Shown here one piece after another: positions 12,041 through 22,216 of a stretch of DNA of 64,000 nt. Position 1 is the first letter of the stretch, and each line of letters begins with the position of its first letter. This DNA comes from an uncultured Acidobacteriota bacterium (GTDB lineage: Bacteria; Acidobacteriota; UBA6911), in assembly GCA_963843575.1 (NCBI GenBank), contig CAWJKZ010000010.1, positions 128,001 to 192,000 of the forward strand. Direction: 5' to 3'. Under the pieces are notes generated by a model. The model searched no databases. It was not told the origin of the DNA and saw only the letters and a program-made list of their open reading frames with translations. The position numbers were made by a program, and so were the translations under genes.

Positions 12041-13177
12041 TCACTTCACCGCCTCGGGCAGCACCCAGATTTTTCCATCGTGGCAGACCACCACCCGCGT
12101 CCCGGGTCCCTTGAGCGCCGAGAGATCAGGGAGTGCGCCGAGCAGCGATCTCAGTTCGGGCGAACCCTCCCTGGCCTCGACGACCGGGGCTTCCGGGTTT
12201 CGGGCACATCTCCCATCCACCCAGTAGTCCTCCACGCGATAGAAGGTGATATCCCCGGCAGCCCGTCGGGGGTAGGGATTCGCGGTCGGGTCGGCCGAGG
12301 CAAGGTCGCGCACTGCGCCGGCCGGAGCCATTCCTGCAGCCTGTCGCAAGGAGACCGAGCGGGCAGGAGCGAGGGCGGGCTGGGGGTGGGCTCCGGCCGC
12401 ACTCAGCCGCGCGGACTTCTGCATGGCCAGCTCTCCGGAGACTGCGGCTTCCCGTCGAACATCTTGCGGGCCGGGGGCGGATGGGGACGCCCCGGCGACG
12501 ACACCGGTCGCGGTCGCCCCGACGGCACCGGTGTCGGTCACGGCGTCTTTCGGTGCGACCGACGCTGCAGGTGCCGCCGGCGGGCGCAATTCATTCTGTT
12601 CCCGCAGGTCTCCCTTGGCCTCGGAGGCTGCCGGCATCTCGTCGGCCGGCTTTTCGTGATCGCGGACCACCGCTTGTGTTTCTTTCGGTGCGGTATCCGG
12701 CGAGACAGCCCGGTACCGTTCGGCCGAGAGCCGGGCGCTAGGGCCCTGCGCAGGCGCGTCCTTGCGAGATTCGGCCGGGGGCGCCGGAACCTGGGATTGC
12801 GCCACCTCCTCCTGCTTGAATGACGGCTCCTTCCCGGTTCTGACAAGAACCAGCGCGGCAACGACCGCCACGAGCGCCAGGGCGGCCGTGGCGAACGCCG
12901 GCCGCCAGAGCCAGTTCAACGGCGACACCCCGTGCGCCGCGGCTGCAGCTCGGGTGGCGGGCTCCGAGGGAGCCCCGGCGCTCAGGGCAAGGCCGAGAAC
13001 TTCGCGGCAGGACGGGCACCTGGACGCGTGCTCTTCGAAGGCGGACCTCTGCTCCCGGGGCAGGGCGGAGTCGAGATAGGCGGCGATCGTGTTGTCGTCC
13101 GGGCAGACCGTCGCAGGCTGGTCCGGCGCCCTCGTCAAGGCCCTGCGCAACACTCCTTTCATCTCCCGATCAGTCAC
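12041..13177 (-). CDS. Zinc-finger (zf-HC2) membrane anti-sigma factor
   Basis: CPDDNTIAAYLD...EEHASRCPSCRE (HxxxCxxC), one TM helix, low-complexity extracytoplasmic linker; directly downstream of an ECF sigma gene. Confidence 0.8.
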   Translation of the reverse strand: MTDREMKGVLRRALTRAPDQPATVCPDDNTIAAYLDSALPREQRSAFEEHASRCPSCREVLGLALSAGAPSEPATRAAAAAHGVSPLNWLWRPAFATAALALVAVVAALVLVRTGKEPSFKQEEVAQSQVPAPPAESRKDAPAQGPSARLSAERYRAVSPDTAPKETQAVVRDHEKPADEMPAASEAKGDLREQNELRPPAAPAASVAPKDAVTDTGAVGATATGVVAGASPSAPGPQDVRREAAVSGELAMQKSARLSAAGAHPQPALAPARSVSLRQAAGMAPAGAVRDLASADPTANPYPRRAAGDITFYRVEDYWVDGRCARNPEAPVVEAREGSPELRSLLGALPDLSALKGPGTRVVVCHDGKIWVLPEAVK

Positions 13178-13201
13178 AGCAACCCTCTACGGTTAAGACG
13201 G

Positions 13202-14053
13202 TCAGACCGTCCCGTCTTGCACTATTTTGCCGGAATCGGAAACGCCGGCGGCACCCGGGGAGCCCAGAGATTCCTGCAGCCAGAGTTCCGGGGCCCGGGC
13301 GGAGAGTTCCCAGAGCCCCTCCACTTCCCTAGGGCCCAGGCCGTGCCGCACCCTGAATTCCCGTTCCACTCGCTTGCGGAGGCCATTGCGCAGGCCCTCC
13401 AGCCAGCGCGACACGGTCGATTCGTGCACGCCGAACTGGGCGGCAATGCCGTGCAGCGGCACGTTTTCCACGTAATACAAGCCGAGCAGGAGTCGGTCGC
13501 GCCCGGGCAACCCCCGGATTTCGGCGGCGAGCAACTCCGAAAGAATGCGTCCCCACCTCTCGTCGAGCTGCCGGCCGGCGTCGGCCGGAACGGAAAGCCC
13601 TTCGCCCTGGACTGCGCCCCCGGCCTCCGCGACCTCCTCCAGCGAGACGTTTCTCCGTCCCTGCCGGAAGCGGTCGATGGCCGAGCGTGCGACCGCCACC
13701 CGCAACCAGGCGAGGAGGGAGCCGCGCCCGTCGAACCCTGCCAGTTTCCGTCCGTCGGCCATGAGGTTGCGCACGAGCTCCTGCGCCAGATCCTCGGCCT
13801 GGTCCGGGTTGCGGCATGCCTGCAGGGCGAAGCGCTTGAGGGCCGGGAGAAACTCGCCAGCGAAGTGATCCCAGGCACCGCGGTCACCGCGGGCGCATCC
13901 CATCGCCAGGAACAGGTCCTCTTCGTGGATGCCGGACGCGTGGGGCTCCCGCAGCACCTGCTGCAGCCGCGCGGCGTAGTCCGCCAGGGGCAGATCGACC
14001 CTGGGGTATCGTTTCCGGCAGCGGTCGAATGTGTTGCGGATATCCGGTCCCAT
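13202..14053 (-). CDS. ECF sigma-70 family RNA polymerase sigma factor
   Basis: Region 2 AEDLAQE...GSLLAWLRVAVARSAIDRFR; region 4 LPGRDRLLLGLYY...IAAQFGVHESTVSRWL. Confidence 0.88.
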   Translation of the reverse strand: MGPDIRNTFDRCRKRYPRVDLPLADYAARLQQVLREPHASGIHEEDLFLAMGCARGDRGAWDHFAGEFLPALKRFALQACRNPDQAEDLAQELVRNLMADGRKLAGFDGRGSLLAWLRVAVARSAIDRFRQGRRNVSLEEVAEAGGAVQGEGLSVPADAGRQLDERWGRILSELLAAEIRGLPGRDRLLLGLYYVENVPLHGIAAQFGVHESTVSRWLEGLRNGLRKRVEREFRVRHGLGPREVEGLWELSARAPELWLQESLGSPGAAGVSDSGKIVQDGTV

Positions 14054-14189
14054 AGTCCGTTTCTATTGAACCACACTGCTGCCCGGGGTACAAAGACCGG
14101 ACTCGGGGCTTCCCTCCCCGTTGCCGTCTTTGCCCCTCGATTCATGGTAGTATTAGCCGCTCAAGCCACGGAAAGGAACTGCGGTTTCG

Positions 14190-15464
14190 ATGTCCATCAA
14201 GGTCCTGACGAAGAACATGCATGTCCCCGGCCTGCCGCAGATCGGGGTCTACTTGTCTCTCGGGGGCTACGCGGCCCTGGGCAAGGCCGTGCGCGACTTC
14301 AAGCCGGCCGACGTCGTGGATGCCGTCAAGAGATCCGGTTTGCGCGGGCGGGGAGGGGCGGGGTTCCCCACTGGCGTGAAGTGGAGTTTCGTCCCGCGGA
14401 ATTCGGGGAAACCGATCTACCTGTGCGTCAACGCGGACGAGAGCGAACCCGGGACCTTCAAGGACCGGCTGATCATCGAAAAAGACCCGCACCAGCTGAT
14501 CGAAGGGACTGCCATCGCCGCGTATGCGCTCGAATGCCACAAGGCGTTCATCTACATCCGGGGAGAGTTCGCCTATGGGGCGCGGCTGCTTGACCAGGCA
14601 GTGGCCGAGGCCTACGACAAGGGTTTCCTCGGCCGCAACATCCTCGGCTCCGGGTTTGATCTCGATGTCGTCGTGCACCGCGGGGCTGGAGCCTATATAT
14701 GCGGCGAGGAGACCGCGTTGCTCGAGTCGCTGGAAGGCAAGCGCGGCCATCCCCGGCTGAAACCCCCATTCCCCGCCGTCGTGGGATTGTACAAGTGCCC
14801 CACCGTGATAAACAACGTCGAGACCCTGGCCAACGTCCCCCATATCATCAACAACGGCCCGGCGTGGTTCGCGGCGATCGGCGTGGAACGCAACACCGGA
14901 ACCCGGTTGTTCGGAGTGAGCGGACACGTGCAGCGGCGGGGCGTCTACGAGCTCCCCATGGGAGTGACCCTGCGCGAGCTGATCTACGACCATTGCGGCG
15001 GGATCCGCGACGGCAGGAAGTTGAAAGCGGTCGTTCCGGGCGGCTCCTCGGTGCCGGTGCTGCCGGCCGGCAGCGTTGATGTGCGGCTCGATTTCGACTC
15101 GGTCGCCAAGGCTGGGAGCATGCTTGGGTCGGCCGGGGTGATCGTGATGGACGACTCGACCTGCATGGTCAAGGCCGTCGGGCGCATCACCAGGTTCTAT
15201 GCCGAGGAATCCTGCGGCCAGTGCACGCAGTGCCGCGAGGGGACGGAGTGGCTGTATCAGATCCTGAACAGGATCGAGGCCGGCGCCGGGCGGCCCGGCG
15301 AACTCGAGGTGTTGCTGGACATCTGCACGAACATGAAAGGGCGCACGATTTGCCCGCTCTCGGATGCGGCAGCCATGCCGGTCGAGAGTTACATCCGCAA
15401 TTTCCGCGACGAATTCGAGGCCCACATCCGCGAGCGCCGCTGCGTCGTGAGCCCTGCCCATTGA
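14190..15464 (+). CDS. nuoF: NADH-quinone oxidoreductase subunit F (FMN/NADH-binding, 4Fe-4S)
   Basis: GLRGRGGAGFPTG, NADESEPGTFKDR, GAGAYICGEETAL, ESCGQCTQCREG...TIC. Confidence 0.95.
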   Translation: MSIKVLTKNMHVPGLPQIGVYLSLGGYAALGKAVRDFKPADVVDAVKRSGLRGRGGAGFPTGVKWSFVPRNSGKPIYLCVNADESEPGTFKDRLIIEKDPHQLIEGTAIAAYALECHKAFIYIRGEFAYGARLLDQAVAEAYDKGFLGRNILGSGFDLDVVVHRGAGAYICGEETALLESLEGKRGHPRLKPPFPAVVGLYKCPTVINNVETLANVPHIINNGPAWFAAIGVERNTGTRLFGVSGHVQRRGVYELPMGVTLRELIYDHCGGIRDGRKLKAVVPGGSSVPVLPAGSVDVRLDFDSVAKAGSMLGSAGVIVMDDSTCMVKAVGRITRFYAEESCGQCTQCREGTEWLYQILNRIEAGAGRPGELEVLLDICTNMKGRTICPLSDAAAMPVESYIRNFRDEFEAHIRERRCVVSPAH

Positions 15465-15571
15465 AGAGGCTGTCCAGCGGTTGACGTTTCCGCACAAAAC
15501 AAATGCGTCCGGACCCAAAGCCCGGACGCATTGGAATATTCGAGGGGCGTGGGCGGGCCGACCCCGCCCAC
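15465..15571. repeat. AGAGGCTGTCC-type element end plus REP-like hairpins
   Basis: agaggctgtccagcggttgacgtt matches 23/24 the reverse complement of 61123-61146; hairpins aatgcgtccgg..ccggacgcatt and gtgggcggg..cccgcccac follow. Confidence 0.7.
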
Positions 15572-15585
15572 GTTGCTGAGGCTGC

Positions 15586-17109
15586 CTACTTCTTGCGGCT
15601 GATCACCACGAGCAGTGACTTCGCGTTGCTTACGTGCCCTTCGTCTTTGCCGAGTTCCACGTACTTGTTCAGCATCTCCTGGGCTCGCTTGTACTCCTTC
15701 TTCTCGTAGAAAAGGAGCGCGCCCAGTTCGTAGTAGGCCTCGGCGTTTTGCGGGTTGATCTTCAACGCCCGTTCGAACGCCAGTATCGCCACATCGGCAT
15801 TCCCCGCCTTGTTCTGAGCCATCCCCATGTTGAACATCACCTTGTCCGCCGGATCGGATCCAGCAGTGCGCGGGTCCGCGTAGAGATTCAGGGCCTCGTC
15901 GTACTTCTTTTCGTTCATGTAGTACTGGGCGAGAGCCTTGCGGTAGGTAGGGTCGTCCGGGGAAATCTCGATCGCCTTGTTGAAAGCCTTGATGGCCTCC
16001 TCGTGGTTTTTCAGCTGCGCGTAAGACCTCCCGACCTGCGCCCAGATGCCGGATTGCCTGGCCTCGGGGACCAGCGCGCGGGCCTCTTCGTACTTTTTCA
16101 GCGCCCCGGCGTAGTCGCCCGTCTTGTAGAGCTGGTCGCCCGCCTCCAGGATACCCCTGGCCTGGTTGAGCGAGTCGTTCAGCTTGAAGTCCGCGACGCG
16201 CTTCTTCATTTCCAGGTAGGCGGATTCCGCGGGCTTGATTTTGAGCGCCTTGTCAATCGTTGCCCCGGCCTCGTCGTACCGTTTCGCATTCGCCAGCGCC
16301 AACGACAGGTTGTAGTAGAGGTCGGGGTCGTCCGCGTCGATCTTGACCGCCTGCTGGTAGTTCGAGATAGCCTCGTCGAACTTCTTCTCCGCGAGCGCCT
16401 TGTCTCCAGCGTCCCGCAGCTTGAGAGCAGGAATCTTTATCCGGACTTCTTCGATGCGCTTGCCCATCTCCACGTAGGGATTCGGCCCGCTGGCGTCGGC
16501 CTTCTGCGGCATTTCGGCCAGGGCCGCGGCGATTCCCGCCACCCTCTTCAATTCCTGTTCCGCCTCGTCCCACTTGCGGTCCTGGATCAAAGCAATGGCG
16601 AGGTTGAAGTGGGCATCAGGGCTGGAGGGGTTGATCTCGAGCGAGGCCCGAAGCTCTTTCACCGCTTCCGCCGGTTTGTTGGCGCGCAACAACTCGACCG
16701 CGCGCGAGAGCGCCTCGAAGCCCTTCTGGTTCACCGCCGGGTCTTCGAAGTAGACCTTCTGCAGGGGATCGCCGGGCTGAAACTTGAGCGACACACTCTC
16801 CGTCGCTCCGCCCTTGAGCGATACGAACTCATATATGGCGGGCGCCAGCGCGTCCTTCCGGCCGATAACCCGGTAGACGCCGTCGTCGAGCTTGTTGAAG
16901 GCGGCCAACCCCTTATTGTCGGACTTCTTGTCCTTCCACTTGCCGGTCTGGAGATGTTGAACCTTTACCTGCACGCCCGGGACGGGGGCGCCGGCCTGAT
17001 CCGTGCACAGCACGTTCATGGTGCCTTCGGCAAAGGCCGGCAGCGCCATCAGCACAATCGCTAGGAAAATGGTCGATTTAAAAAACACGTTACACGAGAG
17101 AGGTCTCAT
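15586..17109 (-). CDS. Secreted TPR-repeat protein with N-terminal carboxypeptidase-regulatory-like beta domain
   Basis: Signal peptide ending ALPAFA; DQAGAPVPGVQV..GVYRV beta-sandwich pattern; multiple TPRs (AHFNLAIAL, LYYNLSLAL, AYYELGALL). Confidence 0.85.
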   Translation of the reverse strand: MRPLSCNVFFKSTIFLAIVLMALPAFAEGTMNVLCTDQAGAPVPGVQVKVQHLQTGKWKDKKSDNKGLAAFNKLDDGVYRVIGRKDALAPAIYEFVSLKGGATESVSLKFQPGDPLQKVYFEDPAVNQKGFEALSRAVELLRANKPAEAVKELRASLEINPSSPDAHFNLAIALIQDRKWDEAEQELKRVAGIAAALAEMPQKADASGPNPYVEMGKRIEEVRIKIPALKLRDAGDKALAEKKFDEAISNYQQAVKIDADDPDLYYNLSLALANAKRYDEAGATIDKALKIKPAESAYLEMKKRVADFKLNDSLNQARGILEAGDQLYKTGDYAGALKKYEEARALVPEARQSGIWAQVGRSYAQLKNHEEAIKAFNKAIEISPDDPTYRKALAQYYMNEKKYDEALNLYADPRTAGSDPADKVMFNMGMAQNKAGNADVAILAFERALKINPQNAEAYYELGALLFYEKKEYKRAQEMLNKYVELGKDEGHVSNAKSLLVVISRKK

Positions 17110-17416
17110 AAATTTTTGATCTTCCAGTTCGGGTGATTATCTAGGTTCCGGGTCATGCTGCCCTTAAGTAATATGGCCCGACGCCTCCAGCGTTTGCTGG
17201 CACAATAATCCGGCATGGGTCCACAGTATCCTGGGCATTATAGCTCGATCGGCTCCAATGCGATACCCCACAACCCGCTTTCTCACCTTAGGCGCCGGTG
17301 GCGGTTCGACTCGCGGCTGCCCCGGGGTGTCCTGGCGGCGATTCCTTTCACGCAAACGCCTGCCGGTTCCGCTATACTGAGTGAAGCAGCGGGTGCAGGG
17401 CGTTCTCGTATCGTCC

Positions 17417-18451
17417 ATGAACAGACAGCTCGGGCTACTGATCGACGACATTTATCTGCTCCACGAACCGGGGAGCCGGCATCCGGAATCGCCCGCGCGG
17501 CTGAGGGCTATTCGCCAGGCGCTGGAAGCCTCGGGGGCGTTGCAGCGGTGGCGGCGCATCGACCCGCGTCCGGCGCAGGTCGAGGAACTTGAGCTCATCC
17601 ACCACCCGAGCCTGCTCGAGCACGTCGAGCGTGCCGCACGACGGGCGCCGGCCTATCTCGATCACGACACCGTGGTTTCCGGCGAGAGCTACCGGACCGC
17701 CCTGTTCGCCGCGGGCGGGGTGCTGGAATGCACCGAAGCGCTCTGTCGCGGCGAGATCCGGCGGGCCTTTGCATTTGTGCGCCCCCCCGGTCACCACGCG
17801 GAGCCCGACAAGTCGATGGGTTTCTGCCTGTTCAACAACGTCGCGCTCGCCGCGGCATACGCCCGCGTGGAACACAAACTCGAGCGCGTGGCGGTCGTCG
17901 ACATCGACCTGCACCACGGCAACGGCACCCAGGCCTGCTTTTACGACGACCCGCACGTCTTGTATGTCTCCTCGCATCAGTTCCCGTTCTACCCGGGGAC
18001 TGGCGACCATCACGAAGTCGGGGTAAGGGAAGGCGCGGGCTACACCGTCAACTTTCCGCTCCCTGAGGGCTCGGGGGACGAGGCGCTGGTGCCGATCTAT
18101 GCGAATATCGTTGGCCCGATCCTGCGACAGTACGCTCCCCAGCTCGTACTGGTTTCCGCCGGCTTCGACGCCCACTTCAAGGACCCCCTGGGCGGTCTGC
18201 GCGCCACCCCGCGCGGCTACGGTTCGGTGGCCGCCAGCCTGATCCTGGCGGCGGACGCGTGTTGCGACGGCAGGATCTGCTTTGTGCTCGAAGGGGGATA
18301 CAACCTCGAGGCGCTGCAGACCTGCACGCGAGCGGTGATGGAACAGATGGAGGCGGAGCGGCCGGAGGAGTCCGTCGCGGGAACAAACGGGGCTTTCGCC
18401 CGCGTCCACGAAAAAGCGCGCAGGGGCTTCGGCCACTTCTGGAAGTTCTGA
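17417..18451 (+). CDS. Histone deacetylase family (class II-like) zinc-dependent deacetylase
   Basis: HPESPARL, RPPGHHA, GFCLFNNVA, DIDLHHGNGTQ, SAGFDAH, LEGGY. Confidence 0.95.
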   Translation: MNRQLGLLIDDIYLLHEPGSRHPESPARLRAIRQALEASGALQRWRRIDPRPAQVEELELIHHPSLLEHVERAARRAPAYLDHDTVVSGESYRTALFAAGGVLECTEALCRGEIRRAFAFVRPPGHHAEPDKSMGFCLFNNVALAAAYARVEHKLERVAVVDIDLHHGNGTQACFYDDPHVLYVSSHQFPFYPGTGDHHEVGVREGAGYTVNFPLPEGSGDEALVPIYANIVGPILRQYAPQLVLVSAGFDAHFKDPLGGLRATPRGYGSVAASLILAADACCDGRICFVLEGGYNLEALQTCTRAVMEQMEAERPEESVAGTNGAFARVHEKARRGFGHFWKF

Positions 18452-18485
18452 CGAAAGAAGGGCCGGAAAGGTTTAAGATAGTGGG

Positions 18486-19313
18486 ATGATGCGTCCGCCG
18501 GCAGTGGCTGGCCAGTTCTACCCCGCCGACCCCGGCGCGCTGCGCAGGGTTGTAGAGAACCTCGTGCCGTCCCCGGCCAGCGCCGTAGAGGCTGTCTGCC
18601 TGGTTTCACCGCATGCCGGGTACGTGTACTCGGGGGCGGTTGCGGGCGCGGTGTTCGGCGCGGTGCGACTGCCCCGGTATTTCATCCTGATGGGGCCGAA
18701 CCACACGGGTCTCGGAGTCCCGCTCGGTGTGAGCCCGGCAGACGAGTGGAGCACACCGCTGGGTCGGATCGCAGTCGATCCGGAGCTCAACGAACGTCTC
18801 CTGGCGGAAATACCCATCCTGGCGCCGGACGGCGCCTGCCACGCTCGCGAGCACTCCATCGAGGTCCAGTTGCCCTTTCTGCAGGCCAGGGTGCCGGATC
18901 TCCGGTTTGCCGCGATCTGCGTCGGGACCTCCGTTTTCGAGGCACTCGTGGCCCTGGGGCACGGATTGGCCCGCGTCGTCGGCTCCTGGTCCGAACCGAT
19001 CTTGATCGTGTCGAGTTCGGACATGACGCACTACGAGCCTGCAGACGTGGCCAGGCGCAAGGACCGTCTGGCCATCGACCGGGTTCTGGCCGTCGACCCC
19101 GGCGGGCTCTACCGAACCGTGCGGGAAAACCGGATCTCCATGTGCGGCTTCGCGCCGACGGTCGCGGCCCTGACCGCGGCCCGCGATCTCGGAGCGACCG
19201 CCGGGCGGCTGGTCCGGTATGCGCATTCGGGGGAAGTCAGCGGCGACTTCGATCGGGTGGTGGGATACGCGGGGATAGTGGTGGCAGGGGGAGTCGAGGG
19301 AGAAGGCCCCTAG
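18486..19313 (+). CDS. amrB: MEMO1-family protein (AmmeMemoRadiSam system protein B)
   Basis: RPPAVAGQFYP, PHAGYVYSG, GPNHTG, EHSIEVQLPFLQ, SSDMTHY, SMCG, VVGYA. Confidence 0.92.
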   Translation: MMRPPAVAGQFYPADPGALRRVVENLVPSPASAVEAVCLVSPHAGYVYSGAVAGAVFGAVRLPRYFILMGPNHTGLGVPLGVSPADEWSTPLGRIAVDPELNERLLAEIPILAPDGACHAREHSIEVQLPFLQARVPDLRFAAICVGTSVFEALVALGHGLARVVGSWSEPILIVSSSDMTHYEPADVARRKDRLAIDRVLAVDPGGLYRTVRENRISMCGFAPTVAALTAARDLGATAGRLVRYAHSGEVSGDFDRVVGYAGIVVAGGVEGEGP

Positions 19314-19807
19314 CGCATGGCGCCCGACAGGAGGGCGTGCCGTTTGATCTGGTGCGCGTGGCAGACGGCCACCGCCAGGGCATCGGCGGCGTCCGGGTCC
19401 GGGGTCTCGGGCAACCGCAGCAGCAGTTGCACCATGGCCTGTACCTGTGCTTTTTCGGCCCTTCCATACCCGACGATCCCATTCTTGATTTCCAGCGGCG
19501 AGTACTCGTAGACCGGGATTTCGTGCTGGGCGGCGACGAGGAGCGCGATGCCCCTGGCATGACCGAGGCGCAAGGCCGATTTCACGTTGACGGCGTGAAA
19601 CACCTCTTCGATGGCCAAGACCTCCGTTTTTTGCTGGTCCAGGATGCGGGACAACTCAAGGTAAATCTTGAGCAGGCGTGTAGGAAACGGGCGGCGTGGC
19701 TGAGTTCGCACGGTACCCCAGACTACGGCCTCGTGGCTCGATCCGTCGCTTTCGATGATGCCGTAGCCGGTATTCTCGCTACCGGGGTCGATCCCCAGGA
19801 TTCGCAT
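19310..19807 (-). CDS. ruvC: Holliday junction resolvase RuvC
   Basis: MRILGIDPG, AIEEVF, LGHARG, GYGRAEKAQV, DAADALAVA. Confidence 0.96.
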   Translation of the reverse strand: MRILGIDPGSENTGYGIIESDGSSHEAVVWGTVRTQPRRPFPTRLLKIYLELSRILDQQKTEVLAIEEVFHAVNVKSALRLGHARGIALLVAAQHEIPVYEYSPLEIKNGIVGYGRAEKAQVQAMVQLLLRLPETPDPDAADALAVAVCHAHQIKRHALLSGAMR

Positions 19808-19817
19808 CGAGCGGCCG

Positions 19818-20564
19818 TCAGGAAGCTTCCTGGAGCTCCGCCTCGTCGATATCAAAATTCGCCCAGACATTCTGGACGTCTTCGTGCTCTTCGAGGGCTT
19901 CCATGAGCTTCACCATCGTTTGGGCGCTCTTGCCCTCGAGCTTGACGTAGTTCTGGGGCACCATGGAGATCTCGGCGGCCCCGATCGCGATGCCGGCCGC
20001 TTCGAGCGCCGTTTTGACCGCGTCGAAGGCCTCGGGCGAGGAGAGAACTTCGTAGTTGTCCTCGTCCTCCCGCATGTCGTCCGCGCCTGCGCTGAGCGCG
20101 ATGTCGAGCAGCTTTTCTTCGCTGACGGCGGACTTCTCTATTACGAAGTACCCCTTGCGGTCGAACATCCACCCCACGCAACCGGTTTCACCGAGGTTGC
20201 CGCCGTTTTTGGACAGGATGTGCCGGATTTCGGCGACGGTGCGGTTGCGGTTATCCGTCAGGACGTGGACGTAGAGTGCGACGCCTCCCGGCCCGTACCC
20301 CTCGTAGTTGACGTCCTCGTAGGTGATTCCCGGGAGTTCGCCGGTCCCCCGCATGATAGCTCGTTTGATGTTGTCGGCCGGCATGTTGGCTGCCTTCGCG
20401 GTGCTGACCGCGAGCCGCAGCCGCGGATTGGCATCGACGTCTCCGCCCCCGTTGCGCGCCGCAACGGTCATCTCCTTGATCAGACGTGTGAATATGCGAC
20501 CCCGCTTGGAATCGGCTGCGGCCTTCTTGTGCTTGATAGAATGCCATTTGGAATGACCTGACAT
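19818..20564 (-). CDS. yebC: YebC/PmpR family protein
   Basis: [34 protein letters not shown]; upstream of ruvC, as is common. Confidence 0.95.
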   Translation of the reverse strand: MSGHSKWHSIKHKKAAADSKRGRIFTRLIKEMTVAARNGGGDVDANPRLRLAVSTAKAANMPADNIKRAIMRGTGELPGITYEDVNYEGYGPGGVALYVHVLTDNRNRTVAEIRHILSKNGGNLGETGCVGWMFDRKGYFVIEKSAVSEEKLLDIALSAGADDMREDEDNYEVLSSPEAFDAVKTALEAAGIAIGAAEISMVPQNYVKLEGKSAQTMVKLMEALEEHEDVQNVWANFDIDEAELQEAS

Positions 20565-20806
20565 AAAAGACTCCTTTTCGCAGAAATCCACTTATTTTAA
20601 CATATGCGGGCCGACATGGAGTTTCGGAAGTCCGGCGGACCGGCCCCGTACCCCTGGTGGGCGTCAAACGGCTTCTCCAAGTTCGGGTTCGCGGCGGCCG
20701 GCCCGGGTGCGCGATCCGGCACGTTGTGTACCAGGGCCCGAAGCAGATGCCGCAGGATGAACGAGAGCGCTGAATTTTACCCATTCGAGACAGGAACGCA
20801 AGGCAC

Positions 20807-21379
20807 ATGACCCAGGAAGAAGTAATCCTCCTCTTCAAAGAATCCGGAGCGTTGCTGGAGGGCCATTTCAGGCTCACCTCCGGGCTCCACAGCAGCCAGT
20901 ACCTCCAGTGCGCGCTGGTCCTGCAGAACCCGGCGTACGCCGCCCGGCTGGGAAAGGAACTCGCGGAGCGGCTGCTGGAGCTGGCGCCCCCCCCGAATCT
21001 CGTGCTGGCCCCGGCGCTGGGCGGCATCCTGGTCGCCCACGAGGTCGCGCGGGCACTCGGGGTGCGCGGGCTGTTCGCCGAACGGGTTGAGGGCAACCTG
21101 ACCTTGCGCCGCGGCTTCTCGGTCGGTGCGGGTGAACGCTGCTACGTGGTCGAGGACGTCGTGACCACGGGCGGGTCGACCAGGGAGACGGTGGATGTGG
21201 CGCGCCGGCACGGCGGGGTGGTGACGGCGGCCGGGGCGCTGATCGACCGCAGCGGCGGCCGCAGCGATCTTGGGGTGCCGCGCGTTGCCCTGGCTGTGCT
21301 TGACATTCCGACCTACGCGCCCGAAGCCTGTCCGCGGTGTGGGGCCGGCTCGGTTGCGGTCAAACCCGGCAGCCGATGA
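20807..21379 (+). CDS. pyrE: Orotate phosphoribosyltransferase
   Basis: GHFRLTSGLHSSQYLQ and PRPP motif VVEDVVTTGGS. Confidence 0.93.
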   Translation: MTQEEVILLFKESGALLEGHFRLTSGLHSSQYLQCALVLQNPAYAARLGKELAERLLELAPPPNLVLAPALGGILVAHEVARALGVRGLFAERVEGNLTLRRGFSVGAGERCYVVEDVVTTGGSTRETVDVARRHGGVVTAAGALIDRSGGRSDLGVPRVALAVLDIPTYAPEACPRCGAGSVAVKPGSR

Positions 21380-22161
21380 AACGGAATCGCACCCTGCGGC
21401 TGACTGTCGCCTTTGACGGCGGCGGGTACTTCGGCTGGCAGATCCAGAAGGACCAGCCGACCGTCCAGGGCACCCTCGCCGAGGCGATCCGGCGCATCAC
21501 GGGGGAGGCGGTGAAACTGGTGGGGAGTGGACGAACCGACGCCGGTACCCACGCCCGGGCTCTCGTCGCGAGTTTCACGACCACCTCCTCCATCGCCCCG
21601 AGGTCGCTCACCCGGGCGCTGAACAGCGTCCTGCCATCCGACATCCGGGTCCTTGCGGCGCGGCTCGCGCCCGCCTCCTTCGACGCGAGACGTGCCGCGC
21701 GCCGCAAGACATACCGGTACCAGGTTTTTCGTGGGCAGGTGCTCCCCCCGCATCTGGCCCGCGAACACTTCCATTTCCCCTACCCGATCGACCTCGCCGC
21801 CATGGAGGAGGCGACGTCCCTGTTTGTCGGAGAACACGATTTCGCCGCCTTCGCGGCGGCCCCGCGGAAGGCCGCGGCGCGTGAATCGGAAGCCGCCCCC
21901 CGCGACGCACCGGTTCGCGGGACGGTGCGGCAGATCTACCGCTGCCAGCTCAGGAAACGGGGGGCGCGACTGCTACTCACGGTCGAAGGGAATGGTTTCC
22001 TGCACCACATGGTCCGCAACATCGCGGGGACGTTGCTCGAGGTCGGACGCGGTCACCTGAACCTGGACCACGTGCGCGAGCTTTTCCGAGAACGCGACCG
22101 CACGAAGGCGGGCTTCACGGCGCCGGCCCATGGTCTGGTGCTGGTCAGGGTCTCGTATTGA
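21376..22161 (+). CDS. truA: tRNA pseudouridine(38-40) synthase
   Basis: GWQIQ, GSGRTDAGTHA, GEHDFAAF, GNGFLHHMVR, TAPAHGL; ATGA overlap with pyrE. Confidence 0.95.
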   Translation: MKRNRTLRLTVAFDGGGYFGWQIQKDQPTVQGTLAEAIRRITGEAVKLVGSGRTDAGTHARALVASFTTTSSIAPRSLTRALNSVLPSDIRVLAARLAPASFDARRAARRKTYRYQVFRGQVLPPHLAREHFHFPYPIDLAAMEEATSLFVGEHDFAAFAAAPRKAAARESEAAPRDAPVRGTVRQIYRCQLRKRGARLLLTVEGNGFLHHMVRNIAGTLLEVGRGHLNLDHVRELFRERDRTKAGFTAPAHGLVLVRVSY

Positions 22162-22216
22162 CCTTTTCGCACGATTTTTTGCTAGGATGTCCCATCGGCT
22201 TCAGGAAGACCCGGCG

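Noticed and set aside
20604-20810. 68-aa ORF overlapping the pyrE start
   Set aside because: No RBS or domain evidence; it lies in the divergent yebC/pyrE promoter region.
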